NCBI GenBank assembly: GCA_965219345.1
Contig: OZ244732.1
Location: 96,001 to 160,000, forward strand
Length of the DNA: 64,000 nucleotides
Direction: 5' to 3'
Origin: Nitrosopumilus sp.
GTDB lineage: Archaea > Thermoproteota > Nitrososphaeria > Nitrososphaerales > Nitrosopumilaceae
How positions within the stretch are numbered: position 1 is the stretch's first letter; each line of letters opens with the position of its first letter. Position numbers and translations under genes: made by a program. The notes beneath the pieces are model-generated. The model was not told the DNA's origin, ran no database searches, and saw only the letters and a list, made by a program, of their open reading frames with translations. Below, one piece after another: positions 50,282 to 59,160 of this stretch.

Positions 50282-50650
50282 CTAAACTCCAAATCCCTTG
50301 ATATTGTATTTCCAAAAGAATAATGTACTGCGATTACACCACTGTGGATGCCACCTTCTATCCTCAAGGCAGTTGAAAATCTCTCTATTCACTCCGTTCA
50401 CATAGATAGTGTTTATTTTCATTTTCTTTAGTAATGAATCAGTTTCCCCTACTTCAGACATGGTCTCTTCACCATAATCTTCAGCTTCATAATCAAATAC
50501 TGGAAGTCCCTTGTAGAACCAAGCAGTTTCTTGATAAGTCCAGATCCCTCCTTTTTTACCAAGAAAGTCTTCAGACTTTTTCATAAAGTTAATTTCTGGA
50601 ATCATTTCTCGTAGTCCTTTCATGATTTGCCGTCTACTCCATTGTTTCAT
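50282..50650 (-). CDS. Hypothetical protein (small-ORF chain)
   Basis: 122 aa; TAATG coupling. Confidence 0.65.
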   Translation of the reverse strand: MKQWSRRQIMKGLREMIPEINFMKKSEDFLGKKGGIWTYQETAWFYKGLPVFDYEAEDYGEETMSEVGETDSLLKKMKINTIYVNGVNREIFNCLEDRRWHPQWCNRSTLFFWKYNIKGFGV

Positions 50651-50910
50651 TATTTCATGTCCTTCAACGTATCTTCAGAAAATGAATCCATTTTAGGTGG
50701 TGGTTGGTCTGGTCTGTATTTTCTTGTCTCTCTGTATGTGTATTCAGTATATTCAACTGTATCATCACATGCTTCTTTGCATGTTTGACATATTTCTTGA
50801 ACAATATTTAGCAAATAATACAATACAATTAATGCAAAACTAATCACTGGACTGACAAATCCCAAAATTATAACACATATCCAAAAGAAAATCTTTCCAA
50901 ATGTATTCAT
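50650..50910 (-). CDS. Small membrane protein (small-ORF chain)
   Basis: N-terminal TM; ATGA overlap. Confidence 0.65.
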   Translation of the reverse strand: MNTFGKIFFWICVIILGFVSPVISFALIVLYYLLNIVQEICQTCKEACDDTVEYTEYTYRETRKYRPDQPPPKMDSFSEDTLKDMK

Positions 50911-51134
50911 TTTTCAGAATCTCCATCTAGATGTCTTTCAAAAAATTCATCTACAGCAACTGCATTCCTCCAAATTATTGCTGTAAGAGCCATCATTATA
51001 CTTGTTATAAAAAATAAAAATCCAACACCAAATACTGCATCAATATGTTCAGCTACAGCCATTAGTATTATTCCTATGATAAACATAAAAATTCCAAACA
51101 TTGCAACTGCTGATTTTGTTTTTTGTGAACTCAT
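50907..51134 (-). CDS. Small two-TM protein (small-ORF chain)
   Basis: Two hydrophobic helices; GAGGTG upstream. Confidence 0.65.
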   Translation of the reverse strand: MSSQKTKSAVAMFGIFMFIIGIILMAVAEHIDAVFGVGFLFFITSIMMALTAIIWRNAVAVDEFFERHLDGDSEK

Positions 51135-51155
51135 TGGTCATACACCTCATCAATC

Positions 51156-51305
51156 TTAATTCTTAGCCGCCCAGTATTCGTGCAAATAATTTCCATTCCA
51201 AGAAAAATATTCACATATTCCACTACAAAATCTACAAACTTGTTCCTCCCATGATTGAAATCTACTTATATTCTTGTGTGGAATATTGCATATTTTGCAT
51301 CTCAT
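51156..51305 (-). CDS. 49-aa zinc-finger microprotein (not in ORF track)
   Basis: MRCKICNIPHKNISRFQSWEEQVCRFCSGICEYFSWNGNYLHEYWAAKN*; ATGA overlap with the upstream stop. Confidence 0.65.
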   Translation of the reverse strand: MRCKICNIPHKNISRFQSWEEQVCRFCSGICEYFSWNGNYLHEYWAAKN

Positions 51306-51664
51306 TTTCTTTTCCCCTGTTTTTTTGATTTCTGTAATTTCAAGCGATTGTAATCTTTGTTCAACTTTTGAACGTTATCGTAAAATGGTTTGTAGATTTT
51401 TCTGAACTCACTATCTGTTCTATGTTCTTCGATGATAAATTCAACTAGATGTTCACAACACTCAAAAAATTCTTTTTCTACAAACTTTGGATCTATTCTG
51501 TATTTATCCCAAAGACTGACAAACAGCGAGTCGTAACCTTTTCGAAGTTTTCTTACTAGCTGCCATTCGTGTTCATTCTCATCCATCACTCTATACAGTG
51601 CTTCTCTTGCAAGATTTCTTGCTCGTGCTAGTGAACGAAGTTCTTTCTTGCTTGATTTTTTCAT
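51302..51664 (-). CDS. Hypothetical basic helical protein (small-ORF chain)
   Basis: 120 aa; ATGA overlaps. Confidence 0.65.
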   Translation of the reverse strand: MKKSSKKELRSLARARNLAREALYRVMDENEHEWQLVRKLRKGYDSLFVSLWDKYRIDPKFVEKEFFECCEHLVEFIIEEHRTDSEFRKIYKPFYDNVQKLNKDYNRLKLQKSKKQGKRK

Positions 51665-51879
51665 TTTCTTTTACCCCAAATTTTCTCGAGATTCTCCTTG
51701 TTCTTTTGCTCCCTAACTTTGGATTCCTTGCCTGATTTCTCGATATCTGATGACAGTTCTTTAGTCATGATATCCATCGAATTTCCAAAATCCTGAACAG
51801 CCTTGTTGAATGTGTCAATTCCATGATTGATATTTTTCATGTTGATCTTTTTGAGAATTATGATGATTGTTTTCTTCAT
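51661..51879 (-). CDS. Hypothetical protein (small-ORF chain)
   Basis: Start reassigned to ATG 51879, overlapping the upstream TGA. Confidence 0.6.
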   Translation of the reverse strand: MKKTIIIILKKINMKNINHGIDTFNKAVQDFGNSMDIMTKELSSDIEKSGKESKVREQKNKENLEKIWGKRK

Positions 51880-52247
51880 TTTATTCTCTCCGGCTTTATT
51901 TTCCAGGCTGAATGAGATTTTATCCACTTGGCAAGTTCTTTGAATCGAGGACTATTGTTGTAATTTCGTAACATGAGTTCATAATTACCTCCATTCCACT
52001 TTACGCTCTTGGCAAATTTTGGATATTTTACAAAAGTGATTCTTTCAAAATATTTTAGGTTTTTAATTGATTGTTTTGCAGATACTTCAAAAGAAGTTAA
52101 TGGAGTGAGGTCGATAATAATTCCATTAACCCATATTGCTGTAATCACGCTATGTACATAGCATTGATGAAGAAAATTTTCAATATCTTCATGAATAATA
52201 TCATGAATTATCACTTGTTGAATTGATTCAATTTTAACTTCTATCAT
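51876..52247 (-). CDS. Hypothetical protein (small-ORF chain)
   Basis: 123 aa. Confidence 0.65.
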   Translation of the reverse strand: MIEVKIESIQQVIIHDIIHEDIENFLHQCYVHSVITAIWVNGIIIDLTPLTSFEVSAKQSIKNLKYFERITFVKYPKFAKSVKWNGGNYELMLRNYNNSPRFKELAKWIKSHSAWKIKPERIK

Positions 52248-52249
52248 TT

Positions 52250-52426
52250 CTACTTTTCCTTATCTTCTTTCTTGCGTTGTTCATATCCCATTCCGTATGC
52301 CATTCTTATTTTGATTTCATTTTTGAATTCTACCCCATATTTTTTTTCTAAATAACTCATTAGAGGATCCCAATCTAATGTGCACCAATATTCTAATTCC
52401 TTCTGGTCTACCTTAATTTTTTTCAT
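52250..52426 (-). CDS. 58-aa hypothetical protein (not in ORF track)
   Basis: MKKIKVDQKELEYWCTLDWDPLMSYLEKKYG...KEK*; tightly packed. Confidence 0.55.
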   Translation of the reverse strand: MKKIKVDQKELEYWCTLDWDPLMSYLEKKYGVEFKNEIKIRMAYGMGYEQRKKEDKEK

Positions 52427-52428
52427 CT

Positions 52429-52587
52429 TTAGTTTAACCTCTCTAGTTCAGCACATCTTTCTACTACTCTGTATTCAAGATTTCTAACCAAACCTCTATA
52501 GTATTCTAAATGAATTTCTGCTCGTCTCAAGTCTTCTTCTTGGTATGTCTTTGCAAGAAACTTTGGAAGTATTCTTGTTATCTTCAT
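52429..52587 (-). CDS. 52-aa hypothetical protein (not in ORF track)
   Basis: MKITRILPKFLAKTYQEEDLRRAE...ERLN*; GAGGTGA SD, ATGA overlap. Confidence 0.55.
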   Translation of the reverse strand: MKITRILPKFLAKTYQEEDLRRAEIHLEYYRGLVRNLEYRVVERCAELERLN

Positions 52588-52760
52588 TCTTTAATCACCT
52601 CTTTAAACAAATCAAAATATTTTATAATATCTTCAAGGTCCCCAAATCTTAACAGAACATAACTATTATGATCATTTTTGTCTCTTAACATTAAACCAAA
52701 TTGACATTCTATTTCGCCAAGTTCTAGTTTCTCTGCTAACCACTCTTTCTTTGAGTTCAT
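52584..52760 (-). CDS. 58-aa hypothetical protein (not in ORF track)
   Basis: MNSKKEWLAEKLELGEIEC...EVIKE*; GAGGAG upstream. Confidence 0.55.
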   Translation of the reverse strand: MNSKKEWLAEKLELGEIECQFGLMLRDKNDHNSYVLLRFGDLEDIIKYFDLFKEVIKE

Positions 52761-52825
52761 CTGTAGATCTCCTCTTTTGATGTAGAATGTTGTGTGGTAC
52801 CCATAATTTCATCCAGGTTCATTTG

Positions 52826-52966
52826 TTATGCTTTAATGGTCTGCTCAAAAATCAATGTTTTTGCTTTGTGATAATTCATTTCTGCAGATAATCTTTTGAT
52901 ATCATATTCTAGATCTGCAACATCAAGTCTGTCAGATAGTGTATTTCTAATTTCGTTTTGTTCCAT
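52826..52966 (-). CDS. 46-aa hypothetical protein (not in ORF track)
   Basis: MEQNEIRNTLSDRLDVADLEYDIKRLSAEM...TIKA*; abuts the upstream TAA. Confidence 0.5.
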   Translation of the reverse strand: MEQNEIRNTLSDRLDVADLEYDIKRLSAEMNYHKAKTLIFEQTIKA

Positions 52967-53095
52967 TTATTTCTCTCCATAAATCATTGGTTCGTCATTA
53001 TCATCAAACTCTCGAATTATTCTTGGAAAAAAAGTGGGGGATGTGGGCTTTTCACCCACTTGATGACTTTTGTGCAATAGCGTAATTGATTTCAT
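52967..53095 (-). CDS. 42-aa first ORF of the small-ORF chain (not in ORF track)
   Basis: MKSITLLHKSHQVGEKPTSP...YGEK*; TATA box about 25 nt upstream. Confidence 0.4.
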   Translation of the reverse strand: MKSITLLHKSHQVGEKPTSPTFFPRIIREFDDNDEPMIYGEK

Positions 53096-53114
53096 GATTC
53101 AATTATGAGGCTAA

Positions 53115-53149
53115 AATTATTATATAGCATGTCAATAGTATGCATACTA
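53115..53149. promoter_or_regulatory. Divergent promoter with TATA element and 14-bp perfect palindrome
   Basis: attattatata at about 53116-53126; TAGTATGCATACTA at 53136-53149. Confidence 0.55.
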
Positions 53150-53160
53150 AGAATACTGTT

Positions 53161-53904
53161 ATGGCTAAAATTGCAAAATTACGTATACATATTGCTTCTG
53201 TCGGCTATGAAGTTGATAGGATAGTTCTTGCCGCAAAACAAGAAAAAGCAGACAAGGTTTGGCTATTGCTCCATGAAAACAAGAGTGAAGACAAGGCAGG
53301 ACCATTCATCACAAAGATAACAAACCAACTCTTAAAACAAAACATAGAGGTCAAAGAAGAGTATCACAACAGACGAGACTTGTTTAAAATTATTCGTGCA
53401 GTAAAATGTATCATAGAGAAAGAAAAAGGCAATGAAATCTATGTAAATCTGGCATCCGGAAGTAAAATACAAGCAATTGGAACTATGATGGCATGCATGA
53501 TGTTTAATGATGATTCAAACGTTCATCCATTTTATGTCGAAGCTAAAAACTATCCTGGATTTAATGCAAAACTACCTCTATCTACTGGAATTAAAGATAT
53601 TGTTGATGTTCCGCCTTATTCGATTAAAACTCCTGATCAAAAACTAATTACTGCACTACAAATTATAACAGAACATAACGGTAAATTAACAAAAAAAGAG
53701 ATGGCAAAAATAGCTGAAGAACAACAACTAATCACAATTAATTCAAAAGAAAATAACCATTCCATGGCAAGATTTGCAAGTTTGGATAAAAATATCATAC
53801 AACCATTAGAAGAATGGAAGTTTATTAAAACTGAAAAAATTGGAAGAAACAGATGGATTAGAATTACTTCTGAAGGTGAAAATGCCTCAGAATTTTTAAT
53901 CTGA
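53161..53904 (+). CDS. DUF6293/HFX_2341-type regulator (CARF-like N-terminus plus wHTH)
   Basis: HIASVGYEVDRIV, IYVNLASGSK, C-terminal I..PLEEW.FI..EKIGR.R.I.IT.EG wing; start may be 53140 or 53161. Confidence 0.8.
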   Translation: MAKIAKLRIHIASVGYEVDRIVLAAKQEKADKVWLLLHENKSEDKAGPFITKITNQLLKQNIEVKEEYHNRRDLFKIIRAVKCIIEKEKGNEIYVNLASGSKIQAIGTMMACMMFNDDSNVHPFYVEAKNYPGFNAKLPLSTGIKDIVDVPPYSIKTPDQKLITALQIITEHNGKLTKKEMAKIAEEQQLITINSKENNHSMARFASLDKNIIQPLEEWKFIKTEKIGRNRWIRITSEGENASEFLI

Positions 53905-53940
53905 CTAATTTCTAAAATACTAGGAATTTATTATTATGTT

Positions 53941-54495
53941 ATGGAATTTTGTAAAATTTGTGATTCAAAATTATTTGAAACATCTGATGGATTCAAATGT
54001 AAAAAATGTGATAATTTTAACCCTGATGAAAAAAAGATAATAAGAAAAATAGTTTATTCTACAAATGAATCATTTCCATATATTAAAAATGAGTATTATA
54101 TTCAAAAAGAGATTCGAGTCAGGCTCGGATTAGGTTTGATTACGGGCATAAATCTCAAAAAAGAACAAAGCATGATAATTGTATTTAGAAATGCCCATAT
54201 TATAAAACCAAATCAAACCAATATCTATTTGGACAAATTTGATGAAGAAACTGGAATTTACCGTTATGTTGGCAAAGGCCTAATTGGAGACCAATCTTTG
54301 ACTGCTGAAAATGAATATTTGAAAAATTCCAAAGAATACAACTATGACATTCATCTTTTCTGGCAACAAAATGCCAATAGTGATCATCAATATGTGGGAA
54401 AAGTAAGTGTGGATGGAGTAATTTCAGAGAAACAACCAGACAAGAATGGAAAAATTAGAAATGTCTATGTGTTTTTATTGAAACCTGAAAACTAA
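53941..54495 (+). CDS. Zn-ribbon plus SRA/YDG-like domain protein
   Basis: CKIC...CKKC; Y.D......YVGKGL.GDQ...N..L....IHLF...YVG as in SRA domains of McrA-type nucleases. Confidence 0.68.
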   Translation: MEFCKICDSKLFETSDGFKCKKCDNFNPDEKKIIRKIVYSTNESFPYIKNEYYIQKEIRVRLGLGLITGINLKKEQSMIIVFRNAHIIKPNQTNIYLDKFDEETGIYRYVGKGLIGDQSLTAENEYLKNSKEYNYDIHLFWQQNANSDHQYVGKVSVDGVISEKQPDKNGKIRNVYVFLLKPEN

Positions 54496-54520
54496 AGTTC
54501 ATGTAACATAGTTACATGAT

Positions 54521-54964
54521 ATGGAAGACATTGTGCTGATTTTTCTTATTGGTACAATTCTTGCTATTGGGATCTTGTTATATTTCATATTACGATTTAG
54601 ACAAAAAATACAAGAATTGTCTTTAAGATTATCCAAAAAAGAAAAGAAATCATATCAAATGGGCGAAAATCAATACAAGGGGAACATCAATGAGATTCTA
54701 GCTGGGTTTGCACTACTCACAGAATACAAACAACTAGCTATGTTATCTAGCGTATCAAAACAATTCTCAATAGACTTGTTAGGAATTACTAATGATTCCG
54801 TAGACTTTATTGAAGTAAAGACAAAAGGAACTGATTTATCATCAGAAGAAAACAAAATTCAGAAATTAATCAATGACAAGAAAGTAAAATATAGAATAAT
54901 TGATGGTGACTTTCCAGAATTTCAAATCAACGAAAGAACTCAAAAAGAGAATACGAAAAAATGA
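54521..54964 (+). CDS. Membrane-anchored PD-(D/E)XK nuclease, Holliday-junction-resolvase-like
   Basis: N-terminal TM; G...E.L; IDLL...FIEVKT; LS.EE..I...I. Confidence 0.72.
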   Translation: MEDIVLIFLIGTILAIGILLYFILRFRQKIQELSLRLSKKEKKSYQMGENQYKGNINEILAGFALLTEYKQLAMLSSVSKQFSIDLLGITNDSVDFIEVKTKGTDLSSEENKIQKLINDKKVKYRIIDGDFPEFQINERTQKENTKK

Positions 54965-55407
54965 AAATTAGTTTTGATGTTTATGATAAGCCTCCAAAGA
55001 AATCAAATTAGGGTACTGATGATGCTCACTTAATAATAAAATTAAGAGAAGCGGCACTAATTGCTAGAAACAATGATGGTTTTCCAGAAGGTTATGACGG
55101 AAATGTTAAATTGAATTTGATAGTGTATGCTCCAAATATTGCAGATAAAGACTATAAACAAACTAGAGACGATGACCCAAAAAAATTCATTGGTGATTTA
55201 GATAGTTTAGTTGCTGGTGTATATGAATACTTACAACCTGCACCAACAAACCCTGAACTTAAGATTAATCCTGTGTTTGATGGAAAAGATGAGATTGGAT
55301 CTTCTGTTCCACTAATTATAAAAAATGATGCTCAAATAGTAGAAATTAATACAAAAAAAGAACTAGATGATAAAACACATTATCATGTTGAAATTATTAC
55401 TTTCTGA
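54961..55407 (+). pseudogene. RusA-like resolvase interrupted by an in-frame TAG
   Basis: ATG 54961 overlaps the upstream TGA; TAG at 55009-55011; GDLDSL...I.ND.QIV....K RusA-like motifs. Confidence 0.6.
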
Positions 55408-56201
55408 TTTTCTTCTTCTTCAATTTCATGTTTACTCTGAAAACGTCTTTTCACAATCTCTATAAACTCCTTATCTGTCACATATTCTCGAAGACTTGTA
55501 AATTTTCCAATGTTGTATGCGCTAGACAGATCATTGAACACCATCTGATTAAAATTTTCAGTATTTCTGTTTCGTAATTCACAAAAAACTAGTCCATCTT
55601 TTTTCATTTTTTCCACAGCACTTACCGCGTCGGCTACACTACATTTTTCTTTCCTGATAAAATTAAACTTCAATTCGTCTTCTGTGTATACGTCATAAAA
55701 TTCTTGTCTCTCTTTTGTGGCTACGTGAAAAAATGCATGCCCCTCGTCTGATAGAATCAATTCCCTGACAAACTCTCTCAGAACATCTTCGTTAACTTTC
55801 TCTTTTAAGGACTTGTGATTTTTTGAATTAATCTTTGAAAAATGTCTAGCAAGCATATCATTAATGTGTGAAATTAGTTTCTCTATCTTCACCCTATCTT
55901 CTGTATTTTTTGCAAACTCCAAATCCTCTAACAATCTGTCTTCCTGGATTTCCATTCTCTGAATCTGTTTTGTCATTTTTGAAACAGTTTGCTTAGGATC
56001 AGTTTCGCTAACAATTTGCTTGTTCCAAAATTTGATATCATCATTAATCGTATTTCGATTTATGTTAAGCACTGTTGCAATTTCAACAGCTGATTTGTTT
56101 TGCTCAAAGTGTAAGTCATAAACTTGTAACTTTCTTTTCTCCTGCTCTTTTTTGGTATATCTTCCACCTTCTTGACTTGCTGGGCTAACACCATTAATCA
56201 T
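55383..56201 (-). CDS. HTH-domain protein
   Basis: SAVEIATVLNINRNTINDDIK HTH followed by a coiled coil. Confidence 0.75.
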   Translation of the reverse strand: MINGVSPASQEGGRYTKKEQEKRKLQVYDLHFEQNKSAVEIATVLNINRNTINDDIKFWNKQIVSETDPKQTVSKMTKQIQRMEIQEDRLLEDLEFAKNTEDRVKIEKLISHINDMLARHFSKINSKNHKSLKEKVNEDVLREFVRELILSDEGHAFFHVATKERQEFYDVYTEDELKFNFIRKEKCSVADAVSAVEKMKKDGLVFCELRNRNTENFNQMVFNDLSSAYNIGKFTSLREYVTDKEFIEIVKRRFQSKHEIEEEENQKVIIST

Positions 56202-56309
56202 TAGGCTGTATTTGTGCTAAAGAAATGGATCATGCTTTTCACATTGACACATAGTCAATTATAAATCCATAAATTTTGAAAACTGCCTAAGTTCTGCATG
56301 GTTATGATG

Positions 56310-59156
56310 TCATTCAATTAGTATTGCTGGCTTGAATGGCCTTGCATGTCTAGCTTTTCCTTTTGGATCATAGATGTTTTTATCATCTTCAGCAAATACC
56401 GTAACCTCAACACCAAAATCTTGTTTTGCAATTGAGATCAACTCGTCTGACACAAACTGTTTTTCATCAAATTCCTTAACCTCTAGTTTTGTCTTTCTGA
56501 TTTCAGTTGGTTCAGACAAAATATCCTTGATTGTCTTTTGAACAAAGTCAGGATTCTTCTTAATATCTGAAGTTTCGGGATTAGCTATCAACTCTTTCAT
56601 TGTCACTCCCACGTTAGTCTGCTCATTCATCACTTGCTCTAAAATAGCATGATAAGCTTTAGACTTGAATGAGTCAGCTGTGTAAATTGTAATTTTCTTT
56701 GGAGTAATCTTTGTAACTTTGAGAATATTTGTAATGTCGTTAATGATTGACTTTAACAAGTCTTCAGCTTGGATAGCTTTAGCATCTATTACTCCAGTAT
56801 CTATTTCAGGCCAGCTAGACTTTGAGACCATCTCTGAATTTCCAAGCTTCTCCCACATCTCTTCAGCTATATGTGGTGCAAATGGTGATAACATAGCGAC
56901 TCTAGCGCTTTGAATTTGGTGCAATATCGCATCATAATCATCTCGACCTTTGGCTTTAGCTCGTTTGAGATACCAAGTCAAGTCACCTTCAAATGCAAAT
57001 AATATCTCATGAAGTGCTTCACGCAATCTCATCTTTTCAACAGAAGCTGAAACATTAGAGATCAGACTCTGCAATCTACTTGCAATCCACCTATCCTCAG
57101 CCTCAGAATAGCTAACTGAGCCTGATTTTAGCGTCGAACATTCCTCTAAAATTGATTCTAGCTTATTCTTAATCCCACCTACTGATTCTAAATTAAAGTC
57201 AGCGTCCTGTAACAGCTCAGCTGATATGATTATCGCCAATCTAATTGGATCAGATCCATAATCTTGTATTGCTTGTCGCAATGGAATGATATTTCCCATT
57301 GACTTGGACATTTTTTTACCATCCATCAATACAGAACCATTAACAATGATCTGTTGCGGCCAATTATCTTCAGGAAATATAGCTACATGATTAAAGACAA
57401 AAAATGTCAAGTGATTTGGAACTAAATCTCTACCAGAATGTCTTGAATCAACTGGATAAAAGTATGCAAACTCTTTTCTTATCTCTTCTATTTTACTAGC
57501 TTCAATACCAGATACTTTATCAGCTGAACCTTCACCTAAAAATACATAATCAAAGAATTCTTTAGATAAATTCTCAGCTGAAATAGTTCCATCATTAACA
57601 AATCTAGATATGACATAATATGCCATATAGATTACAGAATCAGACAAACTTTCAACAATCCAGTCCTTATCCCAAGGTAGTTTAGTACCCAAACCATGTT
57701 GTCTAGCACAAGCTCTTTCCCGTAACCACCCAACTACATAATGAAACTCACCAACTATCTCATTTGGCAATATGCTCATTCCATCAAAACACTTTGTAGC
57801 TTTATCTTTCCAGTCTTTATCACCATAATTAAGAAACCATTGGTTTGTCAAAACTTTAACAACACATTCAGTTCCACAACGACACTTTACAGGAGAATTA
57901 GTTAATTCTAACAAAATATCTGAATATTTTTTCTCCTCTAACCATTCCTTTATTCCATCTTTAGCTTCAGATACTTTTTTTCCAGCAAACTGCTCGCAAT
58001 TCTCTTTGAGAACTCCGCCGTAGAACTCTTTTCCGTAAATCTCATCTGTAGCTTCTTCCAGCTTGGGGTCATCTTGATCTTTTATCTCAAATTTCTCACA
58101 GGCCTCTTTAGATGAAAACTCGCCATATCCCTCAGTAGCTATGATTGAGATAGGCTCGATATTTGTGCCTGAATCCTTTTGATAGTCTACTAGGGCCTGA
58201 TAGTCAAATGGAGCGTGAGCTGGAACAGACATCACCAGACCAGTTCCAGTAGCTGATTCCACAAAGCTAGCCTGAATCATTGGAATTGATTTATCGAGAT
58301 GAGGAATGGCAACGTTCTTTCCAATCAAATCAGAACCAGCTATCTCGCCGTCACAAGTAATCTCTTTATCTAAAAATTCTAGCTTGCGTGCACATTCTTC
58401 AGATACAATCCATTTCTCACCATCAACGGTAATTTTCTTATACATTGTTCCAGGATTGACCCACAAATTAGTAACACCAAAGATAGTTTCTGGACGTAAC
58501 GTTGCCGTTGGAATGACATAATCATCAAACTTGAATTTAATTAAAATATATTCAGTGAAATCAGGCTCTACATCACCCATTGTATCGTGTTGTGATACGG
58601 GATTCTGATCACGTGGACACCAACCAACAGGATGATTCCCTTGGATGATCAAGTTCTTCTCTTTTAAAACATTAATCTGCCATTCGATAAACTTCTGATA
58701 AGCTGGAACTATAGTTGTGAATTCTCGTCGCCAATCTATGGAATAACCCATCTCTATCATTCCAGATTTTATCTCTTCATGAAAATAATCCGCAATCTTT
58801 ATCGGTTCAACAAATGTTTTGATAGCTTCTTCTGGAACATGATAAATATTACGTAAACCATCCATTATCTCCTTATCATTGGATTCAACTCTTCGCGCCA
58901 TTCCGAGTATTGGTGTTCCAGTATAATGGAAACCCATTGGGAACAAGACATTATACCCTTTCATTCTATAGAACCTAGCATGAATGTCAGCTATCGTATA
59001 AGTTCGCCCATGTCCAATGTGTTGCGGTGAGTTTGGATATGGATAAGCTACTGTAATGAATTTTTTTGGTTTGTCATTTGGATTTGTCTCAAAGTCTTTG
59101 GAATCATTCCATTTTTCTCTCCACTTTGATTCTAATTCATTCCAGTTAATTTCCAT
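56310..59156 (-). CDS. leuS: Leucine--tRNA ligase (archaeal type)
   Basis: HIGH, TLRPET, PAHAPFD, SGRDL..NHL, KMSKS. Confidence 0.97.
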   Translation of the reverse strand: MEINWNELESKWREKWNDSKDFETNPNDKPKKFITVAYPYPNSPQHIGHGRTYTIADIHARFYRMKGYNVLFPMGFHYTGTPILGMARRVESNDKEIMDGLRNIYHVPEEAIKTFVEPIKIADYFHEEIKSGMIEMGYSIDWRREFTTIVPAYQKFIEWQINVLKEKNLIIQGNHPVGWCPRDQNPVSQHDTMGDVEPDFTEYILIKFKFDDYVIPTATLRPETIFGVTNLWVNPGTMYKKITVDGEKWIVSEECARKLEFLDKEITCDGEIAGSDLIGKNVAIPHLDKSIPMIQASFVESATGTGLVMSVPAHAPFDYQALVDYQKDSGTNIEPISIIATEGYGEFSSKEACEKFEIKDQDDPKLEEATDEIYGKEFYGGVLKENCEQFAGKKVSEAKDGIKEWLEEKKYSDILLELTNSPVKCRCGTECVVKVLTNQWFLNYGDKDWKDKATKCFDGMSILPNEIVGEFHYVVGWLRERACARQHGLGTKLPWDKDWIVESLSDSVIYMAYYVISRFVNDGTISAENLSKEFFDYVFLGEGSADKVSGIEASKIEEIRKEFAYFYPVDSRHSGRDLVPNHLTFFVFNHVAIFPEDNWPQQIIVNGSVLMDGKKMSKSMGNIIPLRQAIQDYGSDPIRLAIIISAELLQDADFNLESVGGIKNKLESILEECSTLKSGSVSYSEAEDRWIASRLQSLISNVSASVEKMRLREALHEILFAFEGDLTWYLKRAKAKGRDDYDAILHQIQSARVAMLSPFAPHIAEEMWEKLGNSEMVSKSSWPEIDTGVIDAKAIQAEDLLKSIINDITNILKVTKITPKKITIYTADSFKSKAYHAILEQVMNEQTNVGVTMKELIANPETSDIKKNPDFVQKTIKDILSEPTEIRKTKLEVKEFDEKQFVSDELISIAKQDFGVEVTVFAEDDKNIYDPKGKARHARPFKPAILIE

Positions 59157-59160
59157 AATA

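Larger units (their letters stand above)
26354..56250. mobile_element. Genomic (defence) island between tRNA-Glu and leuS
   Basis: Starts at the tRNA 3' end; AT-rich; defence and virus-like genes, pseudogenes; no integrase or att duplicate found, so boundaries are approximate. Confidence 0.65.
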
